NCBI RefSeq assembly: GCF_036321535.1
Contig: NC_087436.1
Span: 121,584,001 to 121,648,000, forward strand
DNA from: Camelus dromedarius
Lineage: Eukaryota
Direction: 5' to 3'
Length of the DNA stretch: 64,000 nt
Each line of letters begins with the position of its first letter. Positions within the stretch are counted from its first letter, which is position 1. Positions 12,910 to 27,288 of the stretch are shown here, in pieces. The notes below the pieces were generated by a model that was given only the letters and a program-made list of their open reading frames with translations, did not search any database and was not told where the DNA came from. A program made the translations under genes and the position numbers.

Positions 12910-13061
12910 AACTTGTGTAAAAATTTTAAGACTTCACCACCCAAATCAATGAAATCTCCGGGGACAAGACTTTCAAATAAACAAACACTACCCCCTCCAG
13001 AATCCAGAAGTCTGAAGGAACCAAGACAGATGAGCCCCGCCCGCCCATGTGGCGGCCACAT

Positions 13062-13099
13062 TCATCCACGCTCTCCGCCTCATCCACGCTCTCCGCCTC
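13062..13099. repeat. 18-bp tandem duplication (TCATCCACGCTCTCCGCC x2)
   Basis: Two exact adjacent copies at 13062-13079 and 13080-13097. Confidence 0.95.
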
Positions 13100-14572
13100 T
13101 CCCATGCTGCTCTCATCTGGGTAAGTACCACTCACCTCCTGGACATCCACCAGTCTCCTAACTGGTTTCTCTACTCCCAGTCTCCTAACAATCCCCACAG
13201 CAATCCATTTTCCACAGAGAAGTCAGAGTTTCAAAATGTAAGTCACATCAAGTCACTCATTCCCCTGATTAAAGCATGACGGGTGACAGGAGGCCCTTAG
13301 CTGGATCCTGACTCAAATAAATTACAACGTAAAAATGTAAGACTGGCATTTGAGACAATTAGAAATCTGAATACTAACTGGACTTGGATGGCATTAAGGA
13401 ACTACTGTGAAAAAATTTAGGTGTAATATTATTATGTTTGCATTAGATACATACAGAAGTATTTACAGATCTGGAGTTGGCTAAACTTAGACAGGGTTGA
13501 GGGAGAGAGTATGCATTACACAAATAAACAAGACCAGCCACAAGGCAACTGTGGAAGATGGATGAAGGATAAAACAGGGTTCACGATACAGTTCTATTCT
13601 GTGTCTCTGAAATACTCCAGGATCTTCCTTGCTCCGAGAAAACAGTGCCTCCAGACCTTACGTACGCTGGTCTCCACTGCCGTCACGTGAGCACATCTCA
13701 GCACACGCTTCAGACTGACACCGGGGTGAACGGAAATCTTAAGATTAACCATCCTCTTCTACTAACATCCCAGAAGAAACCACTCTGCCCACCATGTGAC
13801 TTACTTGAAATAAAAGCGTGCCTTTCGCAGCCAAGGTACTCCAGCCCCGGGGCAGTTCATCCTCACTGACGTGCAACTAAACCTCAGATCAGAGACCAGA
13901 CAAACTTTTGCTTCCCTAACGTATCTAATGAGCTAACTCTGAAGCTCTGGGGCAGAGTCAGTTATTTCTTGGCATCTCCCTCCTGGCACAGACATTTTGC
14001 GAACTATTCCAACCATTCACATGATTTACTTTTGAATCCCTAAAAACCGAACATTCAAACCAAAAGCTGAAACAAGAAAGTGACCATTAACAAAATTCTC
14101 TGGGTAAAGCGTAAGCTAGAAGATCCAGAGGGTCTTGTCAGCTTCTAAGTGCTCTTAAAACACACCTCAGAAAGCAAAAAGGCTGCCAGGTGGTAATGAA
14201 TTACCAGTCCATGGGAAATAAACCAAGAGGCATCAAATATGCTCATGTGGTAATAAAAGTGGTAGCCTCTGCTGGTGTCCTGGGCCACCTTACGCCCAAC
14301 TCCTGACAGCTGCTGGAACTGTCAATAGGAGAGCAAGGGGAGAGGTGCCCTCCGCAGTGTCTTCCTTCATTTCTACCAACTCCTGGGACTTAACATACCT
14401 CCACCGGAGCTCCTTTCCACATTACGTGCAAGGCACCAGAGATAAAACAGTTACAAAATGAGGAGACGCTACCCAGATGTAATCAAGCACTCCTGGTGCC
14501 GTGACAGAAATCTACTTACACATGAGCAGGCGGAAAGTGTCCAGAGGGAGGCAGAAAAAGCAGAGAGAAGGG

Positions 14573-15014
14573 TATACAGGCTGAACTGTGTGCCTCCGAA
14601 ATTCATGCTGAAGCCTTAACTCCCAGCACCTCAGAATGTGACCTTATCCAGAAACAGGGTCACTGCAGATGTCATTAGTTAAGATGAGGTCACACTGGAG
14701 CAGGATGGGTCCCTACTCCAATAGGACTGGTGTCCTTATAAAAAAGGGACACTTGGACATAGACACACACACACAGGAGGAATGCCACGTGAAGATGGGG
14801 GCAGAGATCAGCTTACGTGCTGCATCGACAAGCCAAGGGGCTCCTAAAATGGCCGGCAGACCAGCAGCGGGGGGACAGGCCTGGCCCAGCGGCTCCCTCA
14901 CAACTCAGGGACCAGCCCTGCTGAGCCCTGATCTCGCACTTCTGGTCTCCAAATGCAGACCATCAACTTGTGCTGTTGCAGCCGCCCAGTCTGTGGCAGC
15001 CCCAGAGCACTAAC
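14573..15014 (+). mobile_element. MaLR solo LTR (MLT1B-like)
   Basis: GGCTGAACTGTGTGCCTCC...CACCTCAGAATGTGACCTT...GTTAAGATGAGGTCACACTGGAG...GACTGGTGTCCTTATAAAAAAGG...CACTAACA. Confidence 0.85.
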
Positions 15015-18000
15015 AGAACAGGCTGTCAGGAAAGCTTCACAAAAGAGACGCTTTTAGAGCTATGCAGGTGCTTCCAGGCTGGCTTGGGGCAGGTGGCAGT
15101 CGCCTGGCGAATGAACATCTCTGGGAGGGCTCATGAGCTTTGCACCCAGAAAGAAACAGCATCATCAGGACACCCTCAAACAGACAGCGGTCTCACCAAA
15201 AACAGAACAGAGCAGAGCAAGGCAGCCATGTGAGGGACGGACGTGTTCAGTAACTGGATTTGGGGGATTATTTCCCGATGACACACACATACCAAATCAT
15301 CACCTTGCACACTTTGACATAGGACAATTTTGTCAATTATACCTTAATAAAGCTAGAAAACAGGCTAAAAAAAAAAAAAGCCTTAGCTGGAAAGAGTGAC
15401 AAGATTTTAAAAAGGCTTGGAGGAGCCAGCGCTGATGGCTAAGGGCAGGCAGAGGGCTGAGAAGAGTGCTGCACAGACAGTCCACACCCTGTCCGGCACC
15501 GCGGGTGGGGAGACAAGAAGGCTCGGCCAGAAATTCATTCCAGGCTCTCAGAACCTACAACTCTGGAAGGGGACTGCGCCACTCAGTGGAAGGGGAGTCT
15601 CTCACAGCTAGTGACAGAAAGGCACCCAACACTGGAGCCCTCTCCCAAATAAACCAGAACACACCGCAACGAGCTGTAACCTCTCACGGCCCACATGACT
15701 AGCCTGGTTCTCCACTTTCCCGAAAGGACCCACACACACACCTACCTTCTGCTCAAGGTTCCTGTCACAGCTTCCAGCCGAGTGCGCCCGCCTGGGGCCT
15801 CGGAGCACAGTGAAAGCCTTTAATGCCTCTGATCGGATCATGTCTATTCCTGTGTCTCCAGATGTTTTCAGATGAAACTGCTCCAAGTTCCCTTTAGAAA
15901 AAGTACTGCTCACGGAGCGCTAACTACTGATCTAAACCTCATTTGTACGTGTATTAACTCCTTTTTTCCTACACTTGATAAGGAAGCTGCGGCACAACGC
16001 CGTTCAGCCGTCTAGTGGGGTTGCTGGAGTCAGACTCAGGCCAACTGGTTCCAGAGCAGTGAGCTCTGAACCATACCTCACACCACCTCTCACCACCACG
16101 TGTCCCAGCACGTGCAAGTTAGAAAGGAAAGGAAAACTGAATCGAGCAGGGCCTCCTGGCCTTGCTGCCACTCACGTGCTCCGTCCAGCAGGAGAGATGT
16201 GGGCGGGCCCTCCTGCTTGCTCTCTCCTTTATGATGGCTTGGTAATAGGTTGCCAGCCTCAATCTTCCACGTTTTATTAAGTTTTTACATAGCTACATAC
16301 CTGCTGCTGTTTTTCTTTCAAGTACAGTATTTAGTCAGTTCTCCGGTGTGTTCTTCACAATAATACACTCCCATAAGTGGAGAAGCAAGAATATGAAATT
16401 AAGACTATGGTTTAGAGACTGCGCTCTTAATTGCTTCTCACTAAATGGTCTTCTTATGCTGACCAGAGCATTCTCCAGTTCAAGGGTCAGTAGTGGGCAG
16501 TGGACAGGCCACTAAGTCAGGTCCCAGTGGTCAGATCCATTCGTTCCAGTGTATAACTTCAACACTTATGAAGTCTTCATCTATGAAGTAAAAATGTTTC
16601 CCTAATCTAATGAGACAATGTATCAGAGAGCACCCTGGGGGGAAAAATGAGAAAACAGGATAGAGCCATAAGCATCATCTTCCTGACTCCCCAACTCCAC
16701 ACGGAAGATTTCCCAAATCCAGCGGAGGAAAATGCAACTAGAAAATGCAAGGGATCCAGAAGAGTGACCAAGCATGACTTTTATAAGGACAGCGCCATAA
16801 GCTACACAGACTTCCCTCAGACTGGCTCAAACAACTCTGCAAGAGTTGCTGATTTGCAGAGGAAGGACTGACTCTGAATTCTAAGATCCTGAGGCCTCAA
16901 GACAGATAAATGGCCGAATCAGGACCCGGTCCCAAGACCACTCATTTCAAAACCAAGCTTACCCATCAACTGCCGCATGGGAAGTCACAACGCGGATGCC
17001 AGCCAAGGGCAGGTCGACACACTGGGGTCTTCCGTCTAGCTCACAGTATCTCCCCAACCAATTAGCACCTAACAGACCTCAAGAAACATCTGCTAAATGG
17101 ATGCATGGTGGAAAGGAATGCAAAATCATCTCCATTACTAACTAGGTTCACAAAATGTTGCTTTCATCCTCACTTCAAAGATATATATATTTGAAGCAAC
17201 ATTCACTATTGTCAGTGGCAAGGGAGCAAATATTAACCGGTATACACTTAAACAAGTGCTTTCAAGCAGAAATTCCACAATTCAGATGTCAGGAGAGGAA
17301 CCGGGAGAAGCGATCCTATGTGCGGTGCCTCACACCGTAACAAAGCACCACCGCAGTCCAGGAGGCCCGCACTGCAGTCACCACGCTGAGGCCCGTGCCC
17401 TGAGGTCCACGCCCAGGACAACTGCATGCAGGACAAAAAGGAGGATTCGGCTTGACCCTCTGACAGCGTCAACCACTTTCTCTGCTTTTGCTCATTCACA
17501 ATACCGCCACTTTCCTTCAATTGCTGGACCATTTTTAATTGTATTTCCACTGAAGTAACAAAGACTTTCAAAATTTATGGTTTTACTGAAACAAAACTTT
17601 TCCTGAGTTTCAGTCCATGAGGGTGGCTTACTAAGTAGGGTTTGAGTTGCATTTTTGTTCTTCTGGGGAGGAGAAAAGGTGGAAAGCTTGGCAGAGCTGT
17701 AAGGAAGATTAAAATACCACAAAAACAAATAGGCAGTTTTATCAGAATTTAATGGTCAGGAACTAAATGTTCCTACTTGTGAAGTAATTGGTTCCGTAGA
17801 AGACAAATGATAAAAGGAAGCTTTGAAGATACTAGTCAGCCTGGGCTAATAAGGTGAGAACAACAGAGCTGCTGAGCATGCTCAGAAATACACATTCTGT
17901 ACATGTCAAGGCTGAAATGTGAGCCACTTCTGGGACTTCTGAAGATGGTGCCAGGTTTTCCTGCCTAGGGCTAGGCAGGAAGTATTCAGAATCACAAGAA

Positions 18001-19139
18001 CTAGTCTGAGTGAAAACCTGCCAAAGGTCTATTCTCTGAGGAGTAACTATGTCACTGAGGGAGACTGAAAACCCTTTACGCTATGTGGTTAATTGTGAGC
18101 GCACAAATTTTTAGATGGTCTCACTGTCACAAAAACAGGGATATACTATCAAACGAAAAAAAAGCGAGATACTGAGAACAGTGTACTTTCAGCACCTCTT
18201 GGTGGGGGAAGACGAGTGCTAAGAAAAACCTCGTATTTGCTGGTATCTGCATAAACACAGGAATTCCACACGAGAAACCTGAAATGGCGGTTTACACTTG
18301 TAAGCGGTGAGGAGAATCTGGGTGGACGGAAGACAGAGACGGCTAGGAGAGTACTGTTCATGTATACATTTTTTTAGAGTTTAATTTATAGAAAGAGAGA
18401 AAACGGTAAAGACCATTAGGAACATGCACAAAGCAAGCACCCCGCGGGGTGAGCGAGCAGAACGCGCAGCGCTCGCGCCTCCAGCAGCACGGCGGCATCA
18501 GACGCGTCTGTAAACCTGATACTTTAATACACACTCTGTCAAGAATTTTAATAGAGTGGCTCTACCTTGATCTTACATGTGATAAAACGTAGGTTCTACG
18601 AGACTGTCCTGCCCTAAGGCAGCGACAGTGAGTTGAGTTGAGAACGGACAGGGTTAAGTGGGCCCTCACAGTCGGGCCTGCAAAGCGATTCTGTTCACCT
18701 CATTTATGATTGAGGATTGAGGATTTCTTAAATCAGTACTGGCTAATTATAACAGTATTTCGTTAAACCTACATCGGCCTCGATTCGGAGCGGCTACATA
18801 CTTGCATCTGACTGAGACCAGGAAGTCCCTGGCCTCTCAGCACAAAGGGACACTCCCTTCTCTGAGGAATCAAGGGGACGGGAAGCACCTCCCTCCTCAC
18901 CTCAGGGAGAGACAGGCCAAGTTTACTGCCAAGAACAGGACACAACAGGCCTGAGAGCCTGAAGCCATCAGGAACCCAGCCCACCCCGCTCACTCGGCGA
19001 CGCAGGCCGGGTGTACGAGCTCGAGCTCACGCGGTCCGAGCAGCTGACACTGCCGTCCGGCGCACAGGCACTCGCACGGGGCTGACGAACCGCGCCTTTC
19101 TGACTTGACGTTGTAAAGGTCTCTGCAGCAGTTTAAATG

Positions 19140-19440
19140 TGACCCCTTCATTTTAAAGCAGGAACACTGAGGCTCAGAGAAGGGAGAAGACGGCCCCGGG
19201 CACATAAGGAGCCACAAGCAGAGCGCAGCAGCCTGTGTGTGTCTGGAGACAGGCTGAGGCCAAGTCTGAAGCCCACAGCACCGCCTACTGCGTGTGCCCC
19301 TGGACAAGCTGCTTATGTTCTCCCCAGGATTCAGTTTCCTAATCCGCAAACAGGCATTGTAATGGCAATCTTGAGGGAGGCCGTCAGACTCAGAAACCCT
19401 GTTTGGAGAGCACCTAGCAGAGTGAACACACATTAAGGGG
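19140..19440. mobile_element. MIR fragments in opposite orientations
   Basis: CATTTTAAAGCAGGAACACTGAGGCTCAGAGAAGG and TCAGTTTCCTAATCCGCAAAACAGG MIR cores. Confidence 0.6.
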
Positions 19441-21240
19441 TAGCTCTGATTACTGTCAGGCCTAGGACCAAAGTGAGTGTCCTGGCCAGGCCTATGGACA
19501 TTCTATATGTGAGTAAGCAGCTTTTTATAGTTGGTGACAAGTAAATGAAAATTTCTCACCTCTGTCATAACTACAACTGGTTTCAAAAATACATGAAAAA
19601 ATAGTTTCTAGCATATATAATTTATTTCCCATTATCACCACCAACATAGGAACTTCCTGTGTTAATATCCGAGTAACCTCTGAAGCCTTTAAAAATTCCA
19701 AATGATATTTAAAGGGGAAAACTATGAAAGTTTCAAACCATATGGAAAAAATGGCCAAAAACAAATTTAGACAAAGAAAAATTATGCCTCAAACTGCATA
19801 TACATGTATTAACTGTTACTTAATCAAAATGGTGCCATTTCAAACTATTGAGGTAGAGGGAAGAATTCAAATTCTGTAAGGCTTCATCCACACTGGGTCC
19901 ACGATCCCACACAGGTTTTCAAATGCAACTGAAGTAGAAGCCAAAGGGTAACTTCATCAGATGTCTACTGAGTTCCTACAATGCAGCTAATACAGGCCAG
20001 GCACTGTTCTTCAGCGAGTTCCTGCAAGACTCAACTCAACGCACAAAGACCTCCGCCCTTCAGGAGATGTATATACTGGCAGGGGGGGCCAGGCAGTAAA
20101 TAAACATGATTAAGTAAATTGCATGGTAAGTTAGGAGGACGTAGTGCCCTGGGGAGGGGACTGGGAGGATGGGCAAGGAGGAGTCAGCGGCAACACTGAG
20201 TAGGAAGGGCTCCTGGAGGTGACACCACAGGTGGGGAGGGCACTAGGCACTCCAGGCAGAGACAGCTTGAGCCAAGGCTGATAGCGAGGACTAGATTTTG
20301 TTAGGGAGTGGGAGAGGGGGATAAAACTAAATCTGTTCATCACCATTTTCTTTAAGCATTGAGATACCGTGGTAAATAAGTAAACAAAGATACAAGGAGG
20401 GGCCACTCACACCTCACGTCCAATATGAACCTCAGTCCTCACCCAGCCTCTTTTCCCTGCTTCCACTCAAACTCTTATAACTCATTCTCTGCAAAAATGT
20501 AATCAAATCAGGTCCTGCCACTGCTTAATTCCTATCAACGGTTTCCCGCAGTCCTTGGAATAAAATCTGAAATCTTGATCACAGCCAACAGGGACCCTCC
20601 CAGTTTGGCCCCCAGCCATCTTTCTGCCACACTGTCCCAGATACACGAGGCTCCCCGTCTGCACAAACCCAGCTCCTTCCTGCCTCACAGCCTTTTACAC
20701 AGCTCTTCTCTCTGCCAGCAATAAACTTATTCCAGCTACTTTGAGTACTTTACCTCTTATCAGCCAGGTTTCAGGTCAAATTTCACCTCCAAATTTTGAG
20801 ACACCTTACCACCCTAATTAGAATAACCCCCATTCCCAGCTCTCTCAAATCACCGAGTTTTCTTTCCCTCCCAGGCGTTCCCTCCCTCTTTCAGAGCACA
20901 GACTCTGAAGCCGGACTGCTTGAGTTCAAATTCCAGCTCAGCCATTTACTGGCTCTGAAAGCTTGGGAAAACTTCTTAACTTCTCTGGTTTCAGTTTCCA
21001 CAACTGAAATAATGACGCTAACAAACGCACCCCTCATACAGTTGGCGCATGTAAAATGCTTGGAACAAGTCCCTGACACAATAACTCAAGTGTCAGTAAT
21101 TAGTAGCACCACAGATTCCCTGTCTGTCTTGGAATGCTGGCATGTAACCCTCAAGAGGGCAGGAGACTCGCCTGTCTCACTCACTACTGTCTTCACAGGA
21201 CCATGATCTAAAAGGCCCTTGATAAGCATAAACTGAGGAA

Positions 21241-21300
21241 CAAAGACACATCCAGGTCTCACACTCCGGGCAAAGACACATCCAGGTCTCACACTCCGGG
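21241..21300. repeat. Perfect 30-bp tandem duplication
   Basis: CAAAGACACATCCAGGTCTCACACTCCGGG at 21241-21270 and 21271-21300. Confidence 0.97.
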
Positions 21301-22939
21301 CCGGCAATGCTAATCTGAGCCTGGATTCCAGAGGCATCTGACTGTGAGAAAAGCTGTCACTCAGCTTCACTCAATCACAAGCGACATACGACCGAGGAGA
21401 CTCTGGGACAGAGCAGCTAACTCCACAGGCTCCCAGCTGCAGTCCACCACTCACTGGGAACTGCAGGCTGCAGATGAACACTCTGTGCCTCAAACTGGGT
21501 TTTGTGTTTTGAGTTACCTAGGTGTTACATTTCTAAGAACTACATCAATTCCCAAAGTTGGTATACAAAGCCAAAGCTGTATCTGTCTCTAGCTGACTGG
21601 TTTTGGAGACTCAAGCAAGTGTAACTCCCAGAGGTAGGGAAATAAAAGAAAAGGAGAATTCTAGACTTGTAGTACTAGAGTGAGACCCAGAAGGACAGCA
21701 GGAAGACCCAACCGAGCAAGTCAGGAAGCAGAGATTGACCAGACACATGTGAGTATGCAAACCTCTATGCAGATCTGATAAGGAAGGAAAAAACCACTCT
21801 GCAATCTGGTTGAACACTTTAGGAAGGACTGTCGAACACCACCAGCCTAAGACGAGAATGTTTCCTCTGAGAAAAACACGGATCAATACCAAGGAAATAC
21901 TTTAAGAGTTAAAAATCAGTAGGATGGGAAAGTATTTAGTGATAAAAATGATCTTATGAGTAACATGTAGGACATGGCCAATACTTTAAGTTGTTAAAAC
22001 AGCACACACGAAATTATACTGCAGCCACGAAACAAGGCGAGTACATAGTGACAGAGTCCACACAGCTAAGCAGGGCTTCTGCTAACTCTCCAGCACTCCG
22101 CAGCCCCTAGGCATATGTTGGGTAAGATAAAACCAGGCTGTTTGCCTGGCTCTTTCTGAATGGTCCCGAGAGCTCTGTTCTGCCCCCGTCACCTGCCTGA
22201 AATCAGTCTCCTATGGGAGGGCGGCAGTACACGAGTGGAAGACCCTCAGGTCCCAAAACAGCCAAAAGACAGTGATGCTTAATGGGAAAGAGGAAGGATT
22301 TGAGGTCATCAGGGTTCAAACTGCAGCCCACATACTCACTAGGAACATGTCCTGGGCAAGCTCACTATTTCTACCAGTTTTCCCTTTGAAGAAGGGGGAC
22401 AATAATGAAATCTACCTTACAAGACTGATGAGGAGTGGACACAATATGGTCAATATGATGCCTGCTGTTACTATTATTTCAGCAATGAAGTCCTGGTCAC
22501 CAGCCAGCACAGCCATGACAGCTGGTACCTGTCCCACCCATCAAGTCAGCTCTGTATTTTCACACAGGAATGAATACCAGAGAAACTCCCTGAAGCTACT
22601 GAGTAGACAGACATGGCGATTAAACAGAAAGCTCTAGTAACTGAATATTCTGATTAATAAAACTACCAGTTTTCAAAACCTGGAATAAAATAAATCATAC
22701 TTAACACTAATAAACACTGAGCATATTAACGTTTGGTAGCTGAAATTTCCCTAGAATTATTTTATTTATCTAAATTAATATCAATAGCTCTCAAATATAA
22801 ACCCCATTTTTAAAAAAATACCAAACAAACTCTTTGGCATTGAGGGAAACACTGAAATGTCTGCATATCCCTTTTGTTTAAAAACAAAAACAAAATGGCT
22901 AAAAATAAGATCTAACATCTGTATATGCATAGGTGCTTT

Positions 22940-23028
22940 GTTTTTTGTTTTGTTTTGTTTTGATGGGAGGAGGTAATTGGGTTTATTTATATTTGGAGGA
23001 GGTACTGGGGACCGAACCCAGGACCTCG
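22940..23028 (-). mobile_element. 5'-truncated tRNA-Ala-derived SINE (Vic-1-like)
   Basis: Minus strand reads CGAGGTCCTGGGTTCGGTCCCCAGTACCTCC...AAACCCAATTACCTCCTCCC plus a (CAAAA)n tail; degenerate TSD ATGCATAGGTGCTTT / ATGAACAGGAGCTTT. Confidence 0.85.
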
Positions 23029-25189
23029 ATGAACAGGAGCTTTAAAAACCTTAACAACATAAGGCTATAGAAATTTTAGAAATAAACTCTTTTCAACGAG
23101 AGGTAAAAACAACTTGGAGGACGGCAGAAAACATTCACATCCTGCCAACTACTGACAGCTGACTTTGCCCAGACACCGTTACGTGTGGAAGACCCGCGTC
23201 AAGACACAGGGTGCAACGTTAGGCCGCTTTTCCACAAAGGAGACATTCGCCCAGCGGGGCCACCCTTGTCAAAGGGGAAGAGGAGTTTACCCCTTCCATT
23301 CTGTCATTTAGTACTTAGCTAAGCAATAACTATCACCCGAAACGAGTAAATCATTCATTCTTTCCCAGGTATGTTCTACTGTATGTCTAGGAAAACCTGG
23401 CACCGTGGCCTTGCAGCCTGACCTTCTAGGGTTAATGCAGGACAGAAAATGATCCATCTAGTCAAGTCTTCGACCTCAAGCCTCAAATGAATAATAAAGC
23501 GTTGTTTACTTGGGGGAGGCAATTCCACTCAGGAACCAAGAGCACGATATACTTCGAAATGATTTCTACACAACAGTTGAGAATATTTCTGAAAAAAACT
23601 ATAGCATATTTTAACAAGTCAATAAAAACATAAAGCACTCTCAAATAATTGTAACAGCACAAATAAAATAAACACCCCCAAAATGTGATCCTTCTCGGAA
23701 ATCCCAGTTGCAGGGCCTTGCTTAGAGCGAGAGCTCAAAAATCAGTTGCTAAATGAAACAGGAGAACACAATGTCTCAAACGATTGCCTGAAGAGTAAAC
23801 CTGACATCGGAAAGGAAAGTTCACAGTAAAAGAAACCCCCTCCAATGGGTCAGGATTAAATATGAAGTTTCACTTCCCTTCTGGCTCACATTATCTTGAA
23901 AAGGAAGCAGAAGTATCAGCAAAATTTCCCTGCTTTGATGGATCAGAAGTGGCTGCTTTATTCGGCATTTCTCTGATTAGTAGGTAAGAACGAATGTTTT
24001 TCATATGTTTATTTACATCTGAAATTTCCATTAGGGTCTATTAATCTCTTTGTCCACCAACTTATCTATTGAAATCTTGACATATTTACTCCTAGAATTT
24101 TTTTTAAAGTATATACCTACATTGACCTTTTGTTGTATTTGACATTCCCATACTATTATCTTCTATATTTTTATTCATAAATAAGCAAGTATTTTAACAT
24201 TTTACATACTTAGGTCTGCAAACCTTTTCCTTTGAATTCTTTTACTTTTAAAGAAAAAGTCATCATCCCTTCAGAGGCACACGTCTGACAAAATGTTCCC
24301 CAAAAGTTTCAGGCATTATCTCTGATAAACACTTTATTCTGCTCTATCTCTACATTCTCTGTAATTTTAAACATTTCTCCTGACTCCATCTGGAATTTAT
24401 TTTCATGGATGTTTTCCAGCTATCTCATCGTCTCCCTGGAGACACAGGGGCGTGTCTTTCCACTCCCCACCACTGACTAACAAGTCAGCCCTGCGCCAGC
24501 AGCGCCCCCCTGCTGCCTCCTAATCCACACTACCTGACCTCGGGAAGGTTTATCACCTTTTCCACCTCAGTCTCCTCACTTGTAATAAAATACAGTCAAG
24601 TGACGTTCCAGAGTTGTTGGGGCAGTTAGAAATAATAAGCATAAAACATCCAGCACAGCGTCTGGCACGTAGTGGAGACCCTGTAACAAGGAAGTATTTT
24701 CATGCTCTAATATCTGACGAGAATGTAAAAGTAACAGGCCACACAGTCCACCTCATAAACTTCAAGGACATTAAGTTTAACCAACTAAAAGTTAAAACAC
24801 ATTATTTTAATTAAAAACAACATCCTATTATAAACTCATTTTATCTTTTTGTATTTTAAGTAAAACTACTGTGTTCTAACTATCAACACACGTACCACAG
24901 ATTAAGTGGAGTGTCTCTAACTCAACCCCTAAACCAGCACTGTAGTCTAGCTCCCTGAGAGAGACTTGGGTGTGGCTTTGAAAACAACTCTGGGTGAGGC
25001 AACTAAAGATAAGCCAACCAACCATCTGTTTAAGTGAACACATGTAAGTGAACTTTAATGCACCCCATCCTGTTTTTATTTCCAAAATCCATCAGATGAC
25101 ACTGGTACAGAAAGAATCTGGCTTTGGTCTTCATCAAAATTCCCTCAGCCTCTCAGTGCTAGCTGACTGGTAACCAGGCTCAGTGCATG

Positions 25190-25430
25190 GCTAGAGTTCA
25201 GACCCTGGGGCAAGCCACCTGGGTTGGAGCCCAGTTTGCCACTTCCGGGCTCTGTGTCCCTACACACATTACTTCGTCTCCTTCTGTGCTCAGTTTCTTC
25301 ATTAGTCAGTGGGAATGATACGATTATCTACTTCCTCGGTTTAAGGTTAAAGGAGTTAATTTATGCTAAATGCTTCATACAGGGCCTGGCACACAGTCAG
25401 CAATAAAATAAATGGTAGTTATTATTACTG
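25190..25430. mobile_element. MIR
   Basis: CTGTGCTCAGTTTCTTCATTAG...AAGGTTAAAGGAGTTAATTTATGCTAAATGCTTC...CCTGGCACACAGT. Confidence 0.7.
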
Positions 25431-27288
25431 GTATCATAAACAGCAGCAGCACCTTTGAAGACTGACTGAGTATCTTCAAAAGGACACCAGAAGAGCGTTC
25501 TCTGACGGGACCAATTAACTGTCTTCCTTGATACGTGCCCAGGGACACACAGCACCACTTTCTAGAGTTCCCTCTCACAGCTCTGTGCTACCAATTGTTA
25601 ACACCATCGCTCGGCTGCAAGCTCGCTGAGGTGGGAGCCCTTACAACGCTAACGCTCTTCCTTCTCACATCCCCACACAATGTTTTGAGCACAGGCCTTA
25701 TAATACTGACTATTTAATATAAAACATATAAAGAGCAGTGAAACAAACCTTAGAAGTATACATTTTTGGCACCAAGGAACTTGAGAAGCCGCCCGATCAC
25801 ACAGATGATAAAACCGAGCAAACGACTTTACCTAAGTCTCACATGCTTGCCAAGCTGTAGCTGGCTCCCCCTCGTACCAAAGAACACCAACGCACCTCAC
25901 TCACTCCACTGACCCTCAAGCTGGGTAGAGTCACCTCATACTGAATATGCTTTTCCTAAGTTTTAAAACAATGCACAACCACTATTTCCATTACTAATAA
26001 ATACTTGGAGATTTCAAGTAAGGCAAATACTTAAGAGGCCCTACCACTCAAATAAGATTTTCCATAAAAACAAATGTTACTTGCATGTAAGAAATACATG
26101 AAACCTCCAAGGGCTAAACAACAACAAAAACCAAAACCAAGAGAATGAAACTAGAGCTCTGAATCACTCACAAGAAGTGACATTGCCAGAGGTCAGTGCC
26201 CAAAGTCTACACTGGTAGAGGTAAAAAAAGGAAGAGCTGGTGTAAGGGGTACAGACAGTCTCAGGCGGAGTAACCCTGGCTTACAGCAGAAGTAAATACA
26301 ATCCTCTCAGGAAAAACATCCTCAATGTTGATTCCTCAGGTTCTTCCACAGGTTAAAATCAACCAGAGATGAGGTCCACGTCAAAAATTCAACAAACCCA
26401 AAAACAATCTCCATGAGTGACAGTCATCAGAAAAGACCAATCACAGGTCCAGGCCCCCAGAGACGTCAGACACGGAATTAGAACACAGAACACAGAACAA
26501 CTACGTACGAAATGTTTAAAATATAAATTAATCATAAATATGACAAGCCACAGGGACTATGAAAAATGAGCAGGCAGACCTGGAAAAGAAACCAAACAGA
26601 ACTCTTAGAAATGAAATAATTTTTAAAAAATTAATCAACTAATGAATAGCAGTTTTGACACAGATAAACAGGAACAAGTGAATTAAAAGATAGCTTTGAA
26701 AAAAAATTACCCAAAAACCAGCACAGGCAGACAAGGAGGTCCAAATTATGACAGCAGAGAAGTGGAGGGCAGAATAAGAAAATCCACTACACATTTACTG
26801 GACTTACAGGCAGAGATAATAAAGAGTAGGGAAGAGCTGATATCCAGAAAGAATGGCTGACAATTCTACATGATGGAAAGACATGAGTCCACAAACACTA
26901 AGCAAAACAGAGATACCCGCACCTCATGCACATCATCACGAACCTGCAGAAGAGCCAAGGCAAACATTTTTTTCTAAAAGCAAACAGAGGGGAAAAAAAG
27001 ACATCACCTAAAAAGGAATGACAGACTACTGGCAAACTTGTAACAGAAACCACAAAAGTTGAGAAACAAAGTATCTTCAAACTACTGAAAGGAAATACAT
27101 CTGTCAATCTAGATTTTTATATCAAGCAAGAGTATCTTTCAAGAATGTGAAATAAAGTCATTCCAGATGAACAAAAACACAGGTACCACCTACAAACCTA
27201 TAGTAAAGGAGCTTTTAAAGAAGAAAAAACAATCCCAGAGAAAAAAACAGAAGCGCAGTAAGAATTGTGAGTAAAGAAACTGCTAAAC

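Noticed and set aside
24495..24520. CTCF-like motif AGCGCCCCCCTGCTGCC
   Set aside because: An extra C breaks the core spacing and the terminal GG is missing; too weak without ChIP data.
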